A DNA stretch of 64,000 nucleotides, from the NCBI GenBank assembly GCA_000708835.1, contig DF237042.1:1-64000 (forward strand), read 5' to 3'. This document shows positions 1-11,718 of the stretch, one piece after another. This DNA is from Klebsormidium nitens (lineage: Eukaryota > Plantae > Klebsormidiophyceae). Position numbers and translations under genes: made by a program. How positions within the stretch are numbered: position 1 is the stretch's first letter; every line of letters begins with the position of its first letter. The notes beneath the pieces were generated by a model. That model worked only from the letters and a program-made list of their open reading frames with translations. It was not told the DNA's origin and did not search any database.

Positions 1-1695
1 AACCAGTCGTAATCGTTACACTCTTGCTGAGGTGATCCCAAGGCGTGCTGAGAAGCTTCGCATGGTTTCCGCACATGTGAAGTAGACAGGCAGCGTGTGA
101 CCCTGTCCAACCGTCACAAATTGAGTTTATGTAACAAATTTGTGAAATTAGTTTTGAAATATCAGTGTTGTAGCCGTTCTGAATCCTTAGAATCCTTTGA
201 TCGATTCATGCCTTGCATGATCGACGACTCAGCAGCTTATCGGGCGGCCTAATTTAGGCGGCGAGTCCTAGGCGGCCCCGGGGCTCATCCAAATACCTAT
301 CCGGACTGTACGTGCACCTCACGTGCACCATTAGTGCACACTCACAAGGCCGGGTAGTCGGGAGAGCGCAAACTTCGGGCGGAATCATAATGGTATATAT
401 GACAATAGGTAGTTGTTCAATCTACTTATGCGCATCTACTATGCAATGATATGTAGCTAGCTTTGAGGAATATTAGTATAGATCGAGCTAATTTCCTAAC
501 TATAGCGCATGCATGTTATAGAAAAGCTAGATATAATTGTCGACTTCGCCATGCAACTGCGAAATGCGACGAAAGTTCAACCAAACATGCAAAAATTACT
601 GTGATTTCCAACGAACCGTCTTTTAGGAAGTGCAATGTATGATGTATAGGGGCCCTCTAGCTATACTGACCGCGCACATATATCACAAACGAACTACATA
701 TATGCAATCACTTAATTGCGTGCAGCTATCAATCGATGCACTGATGTACCAGCGCGGCCAAGGTGCGCCCAAGCTACTACTTAATTTAAGAGCTACATAT
801 AGCTCGCAACGGATCGGGCCCTAGCAACTTATTTAATCTATTCCTAGACGGCCATATCCTTCGCCTTCATGTTCAAACATATACGTGTGCGGGTATTTAG
901 ATATCTGGAGACTGAACTTATATAGGCCATGAGCAATCATAATGTGTTGCTGATGAAATGGTACGTCCGCGCGTCAGATAGAATTAGCGATCACTATACA
1001 ATATTACTTTTTCTCAAAAAATATACGACCGATAGTTGCCAGTGTATCAGGGCTTGCCAGAGTCAAAATATCCATGCAACTCATATATAGCCTGACAGCA
1101 TGCCTTTATGATTTCTCATACATGCGATTTATGCAGATGATGGATGATGGGCGGCGCGCTTCGCAATGATATTCACGCAACAATGTAGTTTGTTCAAAGT
1201 CTCGTGAAAAGTCTTTGGGCTCACGACAGTTGTGAGAGCAGCCTGAGCCTGTTGAAGACAGCTAGGCCGGGCTCCATTGCTTGCACCACCATCTATTATC
1301 AAATGTTGTGATAGGTAAAGCTACGCAAAGTTACAAATCATTGAATCTAACATGACTTTCTGGTTGCAATTTGGCGCTGCACAAAGTCAAGTGTCTATCA
1401 TGCTTTCTTGAAGCGATACTTGGAGGCTCGCAACCTATTGATCTGTAATGTTGTGCTTTGGAGTGAGTGGTCTACATACAAGCAAAGAATTCCGAACCTG
1501 TACAGCAAGGGACACTCGTCATTGGCACGTACACATTCGCAAGACAAAGCTAGCACTTGGCATGTAGACGGACTTGAAAAATCAACTCACTCACCTGAAG
1601 CATCCTTTGATCAGATCAGAGTTGATGCTACTTGACGTCTCAACACTGTAGAGGCCCTGTAGAGGCTGGTCGCATTCGTCTCAAAGTGCCCACCC

Positions 1696-3539
1696 TCAAC
1701 AACAATTCCCTGGTAGATTGGTTAAAATCGAGGACACCATGTACAGCGAACATGCCCTGGCAGATTTGTGCAACAGGGTTCTCACTCTGCAAGACTGCAA
1801 ACTTACAGTGGGGACATCGTCAGCCAGAAGTTGCGCCAGCTTCCCACAGTCCTTCGAGCATGGGCAGAAAGAGTCAGCACATATTGCATCAGCATGGCAG
1901 CCACTAGCTCGTTGGCTTCGCTCCTTATGGACAAACCAGACATCGTGAAGACAGCAGCGATAGATGGCAGCACAGTGGATAGAGGTAGGAGGCCCACATG
2001 CCCGGCCCATCACTCCCCTGTCCTACACCCCTCACCGCAGGGCCCCCAGCCAGAAGGCCGCGGTGGCCAGGCTGAGCAGCAGGGTGGCAGCCACGAGCGC
2101 GCGGTGCAGGACGGCCCGACTGCCAGCATGCAGCACTAGGCCGCCACACAGAATGGCCCCAGCAGTGGATACGTCTGCACGTTGACACCAACAGGTGCTA
2201 TGCGGCCCTAGGATACGAGAACCTGCTGCCGTGACATGCGGGTTGTGGAGCTGATTCCAGGCTCTCTTTGCTTTCATGAGGCGATCGATGCAAGTTTGCT
2301 GTCAGCTAGTTCCTCAAAGTACACAATATATTGACTGCACATCATTTAAGAACAACACTTGTTGACGCGTGAGGAAACACAAAAGCAGAAAATATTCTGA
2401 AGCCCTCATGTTGGTTCACCAGCAGGCCCGCCTGCCCCAAGCCAACCGTCCGACAGCCTGCTTTGTTGAGTGTACTCCGCACACTCACCTGCGACCACGG
2501 TGGTCCCCTGCGACAAGACTCCTGCGAAGTGGGCATGGTACTGCTGCAGCACCACGCACACCGGGGGTCACTTCTCGCAGCCAACAGCACCAGGCTGCCG
2601 CAACTGGCACGCAACGGAGCCGTCGCTCGAGATCATGCTTGTGACAGCCCACATTTCTGGCACAGCCCAGCTCCATGCCAGTGCTCCATCACTGGGGGAT
2701 CCCCTTCTGGGGGCAGCCGGCTCACCCTTTCCCACGGCGCGCGCGCTTGCAGTGCGGCAGAGCGCAAGAAGAAGAGCGCCAGCCCAGCACCCAGGAGGCT
2801 GAACACCCCCCGCCACACGCGGTTTTGAACAGCATTACTCCTCTCCAGTGACGCAATGATCTCCTCCTGCTCTGCAACAGGGGCCGAGGGCGAAACACGT
2901 CAGGCAGGATGCAGCAAGCAGGGCAGCAATTTGCTCTGGACCTTCCGATGGACCTGATTGGCATGCAGGCGTTGCCCGTTGACCATGCTGCTAGTGAATC
3001 AAGGGTTGACCTTGTAAGAAGTGCCTTGTTCACCAATTCTGCATCTGCCAAAAGGATTTCAAGCCAAGGTGCAGGGTGATAGAGACTGGATTACATGTCC
3101 CTTAAGAGCTTTGTCTACATTGTCCAACCTTGCTTGCAATAGAGCAGTTCTGCAGTTTGGTGGTGGGCAGTCTGATGCCCAGAACAACTGCATTTTTGAC
3201 GTTTCAAAGCAAAATTCACGTACTATCCCATGGCAGAAAGTGGAATCGAGTGATGCTGCTGGAAGAGCAACTACAACAAGCTGCCGCCTGCACCACCCCA
3301 CCATCAACGAAATCATATAATTAGAAAGTGTGCTGACTGGAACACCAAGTGGTCCAGAGCAACTCCTGATGGATACACAGACCTTACTACAAGTGCGCGT
3401 CATCTCAGTTCACGATCCTCACATTCCACTGACCATTGTAGGTTGTACCACAAAGTTGACCAAAGCTGCATACTCTCATAGGTAGCGAGCAGGAGTCACC
3501 TTGTGTGTCCAGGTAGTCTAGGTTACCGCTGGGGTCCAT
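1696..3539 (-). CDS. Small hypothetical multi-pass membrane protein (5+ exons; 3' end uncertain)
   Basis: Phase-consistent GT-AG exons 3539-3500, 2871-2726, 2543-2489 and 2174-2036 give MDPSGNLDYLDTQEQEEIIASLERSNAVQNRVWRGVFSLLGAGLALFFLRSAALQARAPWERQYHAHFAGVLSQGTTVVADVSTAGAILCGGLVLHAGSRAVLHRALVAATLLLSLATAAFWLGALR, with three hydrophobic stretches. A further exon probably lies near 1850-1806 (TVGSWRNFWLTMSP). The last exon is unresolved. Confidence 0.6.
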
Positions 3540-4890
3540 AGCAGCATTCCCTCTCTTGGGGCGAGATTGCAATCTCAGAGGACATGGGCCGCTGCCGCAT
3601 GAAACTCACGCCGTCCAAAACTTGCAGGCGCCACAGCTAACCCATGGATAAAAAGCAAGTATTTGTCCCGACTCTAAGCTTCAAAAGGGTTCTTCAAGGC
3701 TTCGCTGCTTGTATAGCGCTGCCTTCACGTCTTCAGGAGACCCATGCATGGAGATTGATGATTGAGACGAGCCCCTTGGAGGACCCTTATAATTTCACCT
3801 GTCGCTGACTTCTGCGCTCGCTGAACACGAGGCTACAGCCTAGGACACACTGAGCACTACCGTGACAGCCTCGGCAGGCTCGGGGACAAACATGGAAGGG
3901 TGTGTACATTCATGTTTAGGACCCTAGTATTACATCTGACGGTCAGTGAAAGTGCATACGGGGCTATGCACCGTTCGATCGCGTGCCACTCTATCCGCCA
4001 GGTCTGACGGCAGTTGAACCACCGTATTTAGTGCTGTACGGTGTACCTATTAGTCTGAGCCTGAAGTCGAAGCAGACTCTGAATCCCTGTACGTACACTT
4101 GAGCTTGGAATGCATGAGGGAAGCCGCAGCTTTCAAAATTTGACAACTCTAACATGTTAGGAGATTTTGCATATAACTTCAAGCAATGTAATCTGCCAGG
4201 GTGGGTTGTGCATGTGCCGCCCCCCTCAGGCTGCTGTTGGCGCTGCGGCCTTCCAGTGGAAATCTTGCGCAGCTGACTTTAATTTACGTTGCAATGCGGC
4301 AAGGTCCTGGAAAGCCTGCTCATGTCAATGGAGATTCAGTAGGTTCGCACGGCGCTGACTACAAACACAATGACGTTGACCAAGTGCGCAAAGGCGAGAG
4401 ATGGTAGCGAAATGCTAAATGTTTAATGCAGCATTTCTCCACAAGTCTCAGATCAGCAGGCCGTACCGGGTAGGGCACTCAAGTATCTGGAGCGTTGACT
4501 GCTGCTCCAATGCCATCCGCACCTTTCCTGGCAGGTCATTGAACTCGAACAGCGTGAACCAAAAGGCTTGTCACCAAACATATTACCAGGCAGTCTTTTA
4601 GATTCAAAAACCTACAATCAGATGACTGCAGCACTGTAAGCACTGTCAATGTGGGTTCGTTGTCTTGCAGCCAGCATTGCATTGCATTGGGGCCCTCAGA
4701 TGAGAAGCACTGAAGACAGGTTTGCTGAAGGAACGTGGTCGCGTCCCTTGCAGGGTTTTCGTGGTTGGCAAGCAAAAGTCAGCCTTGGACACTTATACCA
4801 TTCTCAACGCCCACACTTGAAGGGTTTGGAAAGGCAGTGGGCCGGCCAGCTTTGTCTGTGAGCAATAGTGTGCGGCGCATATCCGCGGGC

Positions 4891-7800
4891 ATGGCGCGCG
4901 GCGAGTGGGTGCAGCCGGACGGGCAGCGGCCGTCCACGGCGCCGGCCAGCGGGCGGTTGCTGGGGAAGACGCCACGAGGGTCGGGGCCACCCGCGCTCCA
5001 GATCGATCTGTCCTGGAATGATAACCCGAGCGCCACCAACAGCCCAGCCACACAAAAGATTAGGACGCCCTCAAGCACACCCGCACGCAACCCGATTGTT
5101 GAGGGGATTGATTCACCGGTGAGTCGCACGAGAACGATTTAGGATGGGCCCTCAATACAGAAATGAAAGTTAAAAGTTTATAGAAAAGTAGCATGCATCG
5201 TCGCAAGGCCAGCAGTGATCTTTCGGTGATGGCTGGTCGCTTCCGATTTTCCTGTCGGAGGAACAAAAGGGCTGCCACTTCCTTTGAAAATTGCATGCCT
5301 TTCTGATGAACACGTGCAGTGGTGCACAGCATGGCACACAGTGTCCACAATCGGGGTTGGTTGTGCCATCATGCAGCTTGAACTTGCATCAAACCTCTCC
5401 ATTGGCTCATTGCCAGAAGAGCGGTCATTCTGAAAGTTGGAGGGAACCCCATCAGCTCGTACAGCAGCCTATCAGCCTTCCTTCTGGTCAGCAAGGCCCA
5501 GCCGTCTTCCCTAGTGTCTCCACACTTAAAAGAGGCACATGTTGAAGCTACAGAGCAGAGTCAAAGCTCTGGAGGCCTGGTGCCCCTCTTCCAGAAATCA
5601 ACAACCCTTGACGCTGATATTTGTATCACTTGCTGCTTCTTCCATCAGTTCCGTTCGTCGGTCCGCTCCTTCACCCCTCCTGCTACCAGCCCTGAGCATC
5701 AGTGGCGGTCGAGCCGCGCGGGCCGTGCCCCTGCGTCGCCGAGCCCCATTGTGGGCACTCCGGGCGACCGCCCCACCCACCTGCTCACCGTGCACGGGGC
5801 GGGAGGAAACGTCGCCCTCTCAGGACAGGTGAGCAGACAAGGGCGGCAAGGGGGCGTGGGTGGGGCTGCCAAAGATTAACCGTCAATCAGCGGGCAAGCT
5901 GATGTGCGTTTGCGTGGGGGCATCACTCTTTCCTGAAAGGGAAGAGGCCAGCAAAGCTATAGAGGTGCGTCTAAATTGCTTCAAAACTTTGTCAAAGCGG
6001 TTTCTTTGTGCTTATGTTTCATGGTTCGATGACCTGACCGCAAGTCGGCGGGTCCTACCCCAAATTTGTCCGTGTGCTGCTCGTTCCAAGAGTCTAAGAG
6101 CACGCGCATGGCATGCAGAACCGGATCCATCGCAAAGCTGTGCCCAGCGTGCCTGCTTCTGGCAGTACCCTGGAGTTTGGGGCGTCCTCCTCCGAGCAGG
6201 CGAAGCCCATGAGGAAGCCCGCGCCGCCGCCCTCCAACGACCTCGCAGGTAAGAAACGAGCAGCATCGACTATGCCCGCTTTAGTCCATGCTGCAACGAA
6301 AGACCGCATCTGGGCCCCCGTAGATGTCCTGGGGGCCGCACTCTGAGACAACTGATATACTTCGTGTGAAGTCAATGTGCGCAAGCTCGCGTTGCTCTCG
6401 TTTCAGGCGTCACTGGCACGCGCCGTCCCAAGAACGGTGCTCCCGCTGACCGTGCTCTCGGCCGGTCCGCTTCGCCCACCACCTCATTATCCGTTGTCGT
6501 CTATCAGGCTCTCCGACCCCGCGCGGTGACAAGCCCCGGGGCCCGAAGCAGGTGGCGGACCGGCCGCAGGACAACCGGGAGGAGGCCCCCGTGCGCAGCA
6601 AGCAGCTCAGCGAGTACAGCCACCTCAATAAGAAGCGCGACCCGCTCGGACAGTACGGTGAGCGTCCGATGATTCTTGTCTGCTAAAACGAGCGAGATGG
6701 GCTGGGAGGTGGACAGGAGTACTGCAACCCAACATGAGGCGTCATGAATCCAGAACCACGACGCTGTGCTACAGATGATGTACAAAGATCGCGACAAGAG
6801 ACACCGCTTCTCGAGTTCGGAGCTACCTCCTGAAACGCGCATACAGCCGAGCTCTTCAGTTCGAAGTGCTTGACATATCGGGCTTGTCTCGGTGGGTGCA
6901 GGCTACCAGGGCGTCGAGTCCGCGACGTTCAAGCCGCAGATCAAGAGGACCGAGTACTCCGGCACCTCGCACATCGAGGCGGGCACGGTGAGGCCCCATG
7001 ACCGACCGACGTTGACAACGGCAAACACCTGCCCATTGCGGTCTGAACGCAAGCTGCACGGAGGGCCGTGCTTTACAGATGAATTGGTTTAGAGTCTCGT
7101 CCTCAGTCTTTCGAGATTGATTTTGAGCAGATACGATGCCCAAGCTGACAGGTCTGCTAAGCAGGAGGCAGATCTCCTCAAAAAAGCCCGAGCGACGTGA
7201 GACCAGTATCATCTATACGGATGTTTTGTAACCATTGCATGTGCAAGGCGGCTCTGGATGTAAACAACTTTAGCACGCTCGTTTGCATAGCCCGCATTTC
7301 CGCATTCGTCGAGGTCGCGGCCCGGCCAGCTGACGGCGGGCTGCCTCGTTGATGTGCAGGTGTGCACGTGGCGGGACGCGATCGTTGGGCAGGCCTCTCC
7401 CCGCACGCGGTGCATGGCCACCGGGGAGGCCAACCCCGCGCTGCGGCAGAGCACCGCCGCGCGCACCATGGGCTACGGCGACGCGCAGGGGGCGGGCGAG
7501 GGCACGCCCCGCACCGCGCGGCCACAGAGTGCGGCGGCGCGGGACCACGTGTCGGAGGTGTTTGCGCACAAGGCGCCCGAAGGCATCTCGCCGCGGGACC
7601 GAATGGTACGCGCAGCCATCGCGCCGCGCGCTTGATGCTCGCCGTCCTGGCTGGACGTCCAGCTTGACGCGCGTGCTTCTATCAAAGTTTGTTTGAACGC
7701 ATGAAGCCTTTTGGGTGCCTATCTTGAGAAGCCTTGCGACTATGGACACGTGGGCATCAAGATGCGAGAATGGCTGATGCAGTGATTGGGCTGTCCAGAT

Positions 7801-8075
7801 TGCCAGTCGAGCGGAGCAACGGAGCACTCTGGGCGGCAGGAGTGAGACGTTCTCCGTCACTGTCCAAGAGAACGCCCAGGTGAGGACGCAACGGTGCGCG
7901 CACGCAAACTGCTGGCTGGCAAAGCATCGCCTTGTTCGATGTCATGCTTCTGATTTGGAGCACGTCTCGTCCAGGGCTGACTTGCGAGCCCGGCGTGCAG
8001 GCGTTTGCGAGCAACAAGGCCCGGCTGGCAGGCAACAACAACATCTTCGGGGGCTTCCTCTACGAGCAAAAGTAA
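4891..8075 (+). CDS. Hypothetical low-complexity, Pro/Ser/Arg/Gly-rich protein (about 7 exons)
   Basis: GC3-rich exon blocks bounded by AG/GT: 4891-5118, 5649-5828, ~6167-6248, ~6508-6659, 6901-6987, 7360-7605 and ~8001-8075, ending AFASNKARLAGNNNIFGGFLYEQK*. The exon 2/3 phase is not fully resolved. No family recognised. Confidence 0.55.
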
Positions 8076-10130
8076 GCGGTGCCGGGGCGCGTGGCAGGAG
8101 GCGGCCGGGAGGTTTGCGGGTGTTTCACGGGGCCCCCGACAAGGACCTTGGATCCAGTGTACATATACTGCAGCATATGAACGTAGTGACTCAAAAGCCC
8201 TGGTCTATCTTGTGTTTGATTAGCAGGCACCCTGACATCGACGGTTATAGACACATTGAATATTTTTGGGCGATTCCGACCAGAGCGGGAAGCACTTTAC
8301 TAAACGACTTCGTCTGAACAGGGGGCACTGTTTGATTAGTCAAACAACAACTTAGTATTACAGCGTGTTGTGATGAAAGACTCAGGTTGACCATGCAGGC
8401 TTCTAATTCCGCTAAGAGTAGGCTAGAAGGGCAGGACTCGCAGTAGTCATTTTTGGTCGTCGAGCCAAGCTCGCCGTGTGAGTCCACTGATTATTGATCA
8501 CAATTACAGGCTTGCCTATATGTAGATGTCCAATCGATCAGAACGTTTAGGCTGGCCCTAAAGATAAATGCGGCCTCCCTTTGCACACGTGACAATTAAG
8601 TGCTAGGCCTCTTGAGTAAAGCCAGGGGCGGATTGGAGCTCCAAGTATATATATGTGTACGCCGGTACGTGCATCTATTTATAACGTTGTGGTTCTAATC
8701 GATCAATTGGCAAACATGAGACTATGAATGATCTTTGTGACCCTGGATCTGCGGAAGGCCCGGGCTATTCATGGAGCCGGCCAGTGAATGCTTTCGCGTA
8801 AATTAGCCAGGGCCGACATCGGCCTATCATTTTGATCATCTGGCAAAAGTTGCATGTGCGGCCTGTGAACATATCTCATGTTTCGAGATAAATGCTGCGT
8901 ACGTCCATTCAGGCTCGAACGACCATGGTAATGAATCTTGCATGCGGCTGCATGATTGAGCGAATCAAGACACCCAGCCATGGGTGGTGATCTCGAGAGA
9001 CCATGGACTAATTAATTGCGCACAGGACCTAATTAGTTAGGTTGAGTCTGATGCTTAATGTTTCAGCACTGCAGCGGATACTAACGCGGAAGCATACCGG
9101 TATATTGATATTTCCATGCAATTATGAACTATAAGACCGTCGCGATTGATTGTTCGAGAAGGAAAGAATTGATTGTATCATCTTGCCGCGGTCATCATGA
9201 TATGTGCAGGCGTTTGGCGGTCCGAGTCCGTGTGTGGCTAGGGGACGGCGACGTCCGGACTCGACATGTCCATAGCTAAATGGTTGCAGACGGTCATTAA
9301 GATATCTGAACGCGATCACGTATACTGCATTGTTTTTAGTTAAGTAGACTTTTGAGTCAATGTATGCATACTATATGGGCGGCCGCACACGCGTAGGCCA
9401 GCGCCAACATGCATGATCAAAACGGATTCATGCTCGGCCGATCAGTTGCCGCGCCACATGCATGATTTTTGCATGATTGTCATGTGGCGGCAGGGCCATG
9501 GCATGCGTGATTATTGCGCAAGAACGTAGATTACGCACGATCTCAATAAACATGCCAAGTTATCATACATGTATGCGCATGGCATACTTAGCAGTCCCGA
9601 CTTCTGAGCGCTACCATGGACGCTACCCGCGGGCCGCACCGCCTATAGACGGTCTGCGGCGGGCTGGCACTCAGCTCGCGGGTCACGCAGTGCGACGATC
9701 TCAAAGCGTGACGTACCATTGAACAGTGAGCCAGGATGGCAGCGCTCCAGATCTTACCAAATAGTCATACATGCATACGGTAGGCAATTGAATGATTCTT
9801 CAATGCCATCATTGATGGCTGGGCCGCCGGCCACCTTTGAACACTCAATGGCACATTGGTATTAGACTTGACATGATACATATGCAGTTGAGTGGCCGAC
9901 CCTCGATGGCACTTGCAATATAAAGGTTGATTCAGCTAGGGGCAGCTGTCAAGTCAAGCTTGGAAATGATTTTGAAAGTTGAAAGCCTCACCTAATCATC
10001 AAGTAGATATTGAAGAATGTCGGCCTCAGGGTAAGCCTGCATTCACAAACAGTACTAAATCGGACCGGTTGTTTTCCTTTCTTGTATACAGAGACGTTTG
10101 TCTTCAGTTTGTAGACGGCAATACCTCCGA

Positions 10131-11008
10131 TCACGTGCCGTCCCCTGTTTGTACGTCTATTCCCATGGAGCGCGCGGTGCCCATGATGCTGTCCGCTATT
10201 CTGTCGAGGGGGATGTAGGCCTGGTTGGGGTCGCCCTGCTTGATGCACGCAATCTCGTAGATGTCCTTGGCGCTCACTGCCGCCACCGCCTCGTGCCCCG
10301 CGCGCCCGCTGCCCTTTTCCAGCCCCGCAGCCTGCTTCAGGAACCACGACACCGACGGCGACCGTAACTCGTAGTCAAACGACCCGTCCTGGAGAAAACG
10401 CAAAGGTCGCTCATTTTGTGAGGGCCGCCAGATTGAAGTACAATTCCTTCTCATCAAGAAAGTGATCCACAGCGTTTCAATATGTGGGAGTCTTCTTAGC
10501 TCGTGGGCGGCGCAATAGTTGCTCTGGTTGCAGAAGAGTTCAATGGTGTTGAAGCGGACCACTGCAAGCAAGTGTCCTTGTTTGAAAAGAGTTGTATCGT
10601 TTGAAAAGTATAGTATCGGGACTCTCCAGCTTGTTTGGCACTTTGTTGACATGTCAGCGACCACAAATGCATGGCCCGAAATCTCATGCTGCAAAAGTAC
10701 AGTAGGCTCATGCTTATCACGCACGCCTGCCCTCTAAGTTAAGCAGGGCCTTGGAACTCTTGATGGACCAGACAAACCAATGCTGTCATCAATTGTGCCG
10801 GTCTCACCTTGTATGCTGTCAGGCTGACCGCCATGGGCACGTCCGGCTTCAGCTTGGCTGTCCTTGCGTTGAAGTCCTTGCAGAAGGCCATCAGGTTGAT
10901 CTTGTGCGCCCCCAGTGCGGGCCCCACCGGCGGCGCGGGCTTGGCCTGCCCCGCGCCCACTATCAAGCGGATGATGCGGTTCACCGGCTTGCCCGCCCGC
11001 GCCGCCAT
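10131..11008 (-). CDS. RPL11: Mitochondrial-type ribosomal protein uL11 (2 exons: 11008-10808, 10388-10131)
   Basis: [39 protein letters not shown]|[41 protein letters not shown] are canonical L11 motifs. The short N-terminus and sequence style resemble plant mitochondrial L11. Confidence 0.93.
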
Positions 11009-11718
11009 GCCCACCGGCAGCAGCTGACCGGCGCCCGCAAGAGCCGCCCCGGGCCTGATGTAAGTGGAGAGAGCTGCCAAATCTGGCAGCTTCAGAGAAT
11101 CCTGCTGGAGTTCACCTCAGCGAGGACTTCAATGCCAAACGTGCAGTCCCACCAAGCCCAATGTTTGACCGCACCTAAAATCCTTCTTAATGCGTCCTTC
11201 TCACTGGAATGAGCCCCGAATTGAAATTACCTACATGGGTATAAGATGTGTCATGAAGAGGTGAGCTATCGTTTGCAAGGGCTCGATGCAAGCTGGCGCT
11301 CAAGATTCCTTCAGAAGGCGCTCTCTTCGTTCAAGAAGTTCAACTTGAAGTTGAAGCTTGAAGTTCTTCGAAATGCCTGGACAGCAACAATCGACGTGAA
11401 TATTAATCACTCGGATTTGACCTTGAAACTATCCGACTTCCAAAACGGTAACGGTAATTGCAGCTTGGTAACGGCGTACTTAAACTCTGATCACAGAGCC
11501 GGAAGTTGGTACAACCGGTTCCCTGTTTGATGAGACGGTGATTGTGGGTGGTGAGAAACATTGTTAAAGTAATACTAAAGATCTTGAAATTGAACCTTTT
11601 GATGGAAGTGGTGGCGGCCAGCTGGGTGTTCAATCATCAATGGCTTCCGCCCCTGTGCAGCGCCAGCCCCTGGTGAGCTGATTGCTGCCTCTCTGATCGC
11701 CTGCGCGCTGCAGGCGCC

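Noticed and set aside
10389-10807. RPL11 intron stays open in frame (197-aa ORF)
   Set aside because: Clean GT-AG boundaries restore canonical L11; the intronic peptide has no recognisable features.
11320-11375. Heat-shock element
   Set aside because: Only one correctly spaced TTCnnGAA pair; three alternating nGAAn units are not present.
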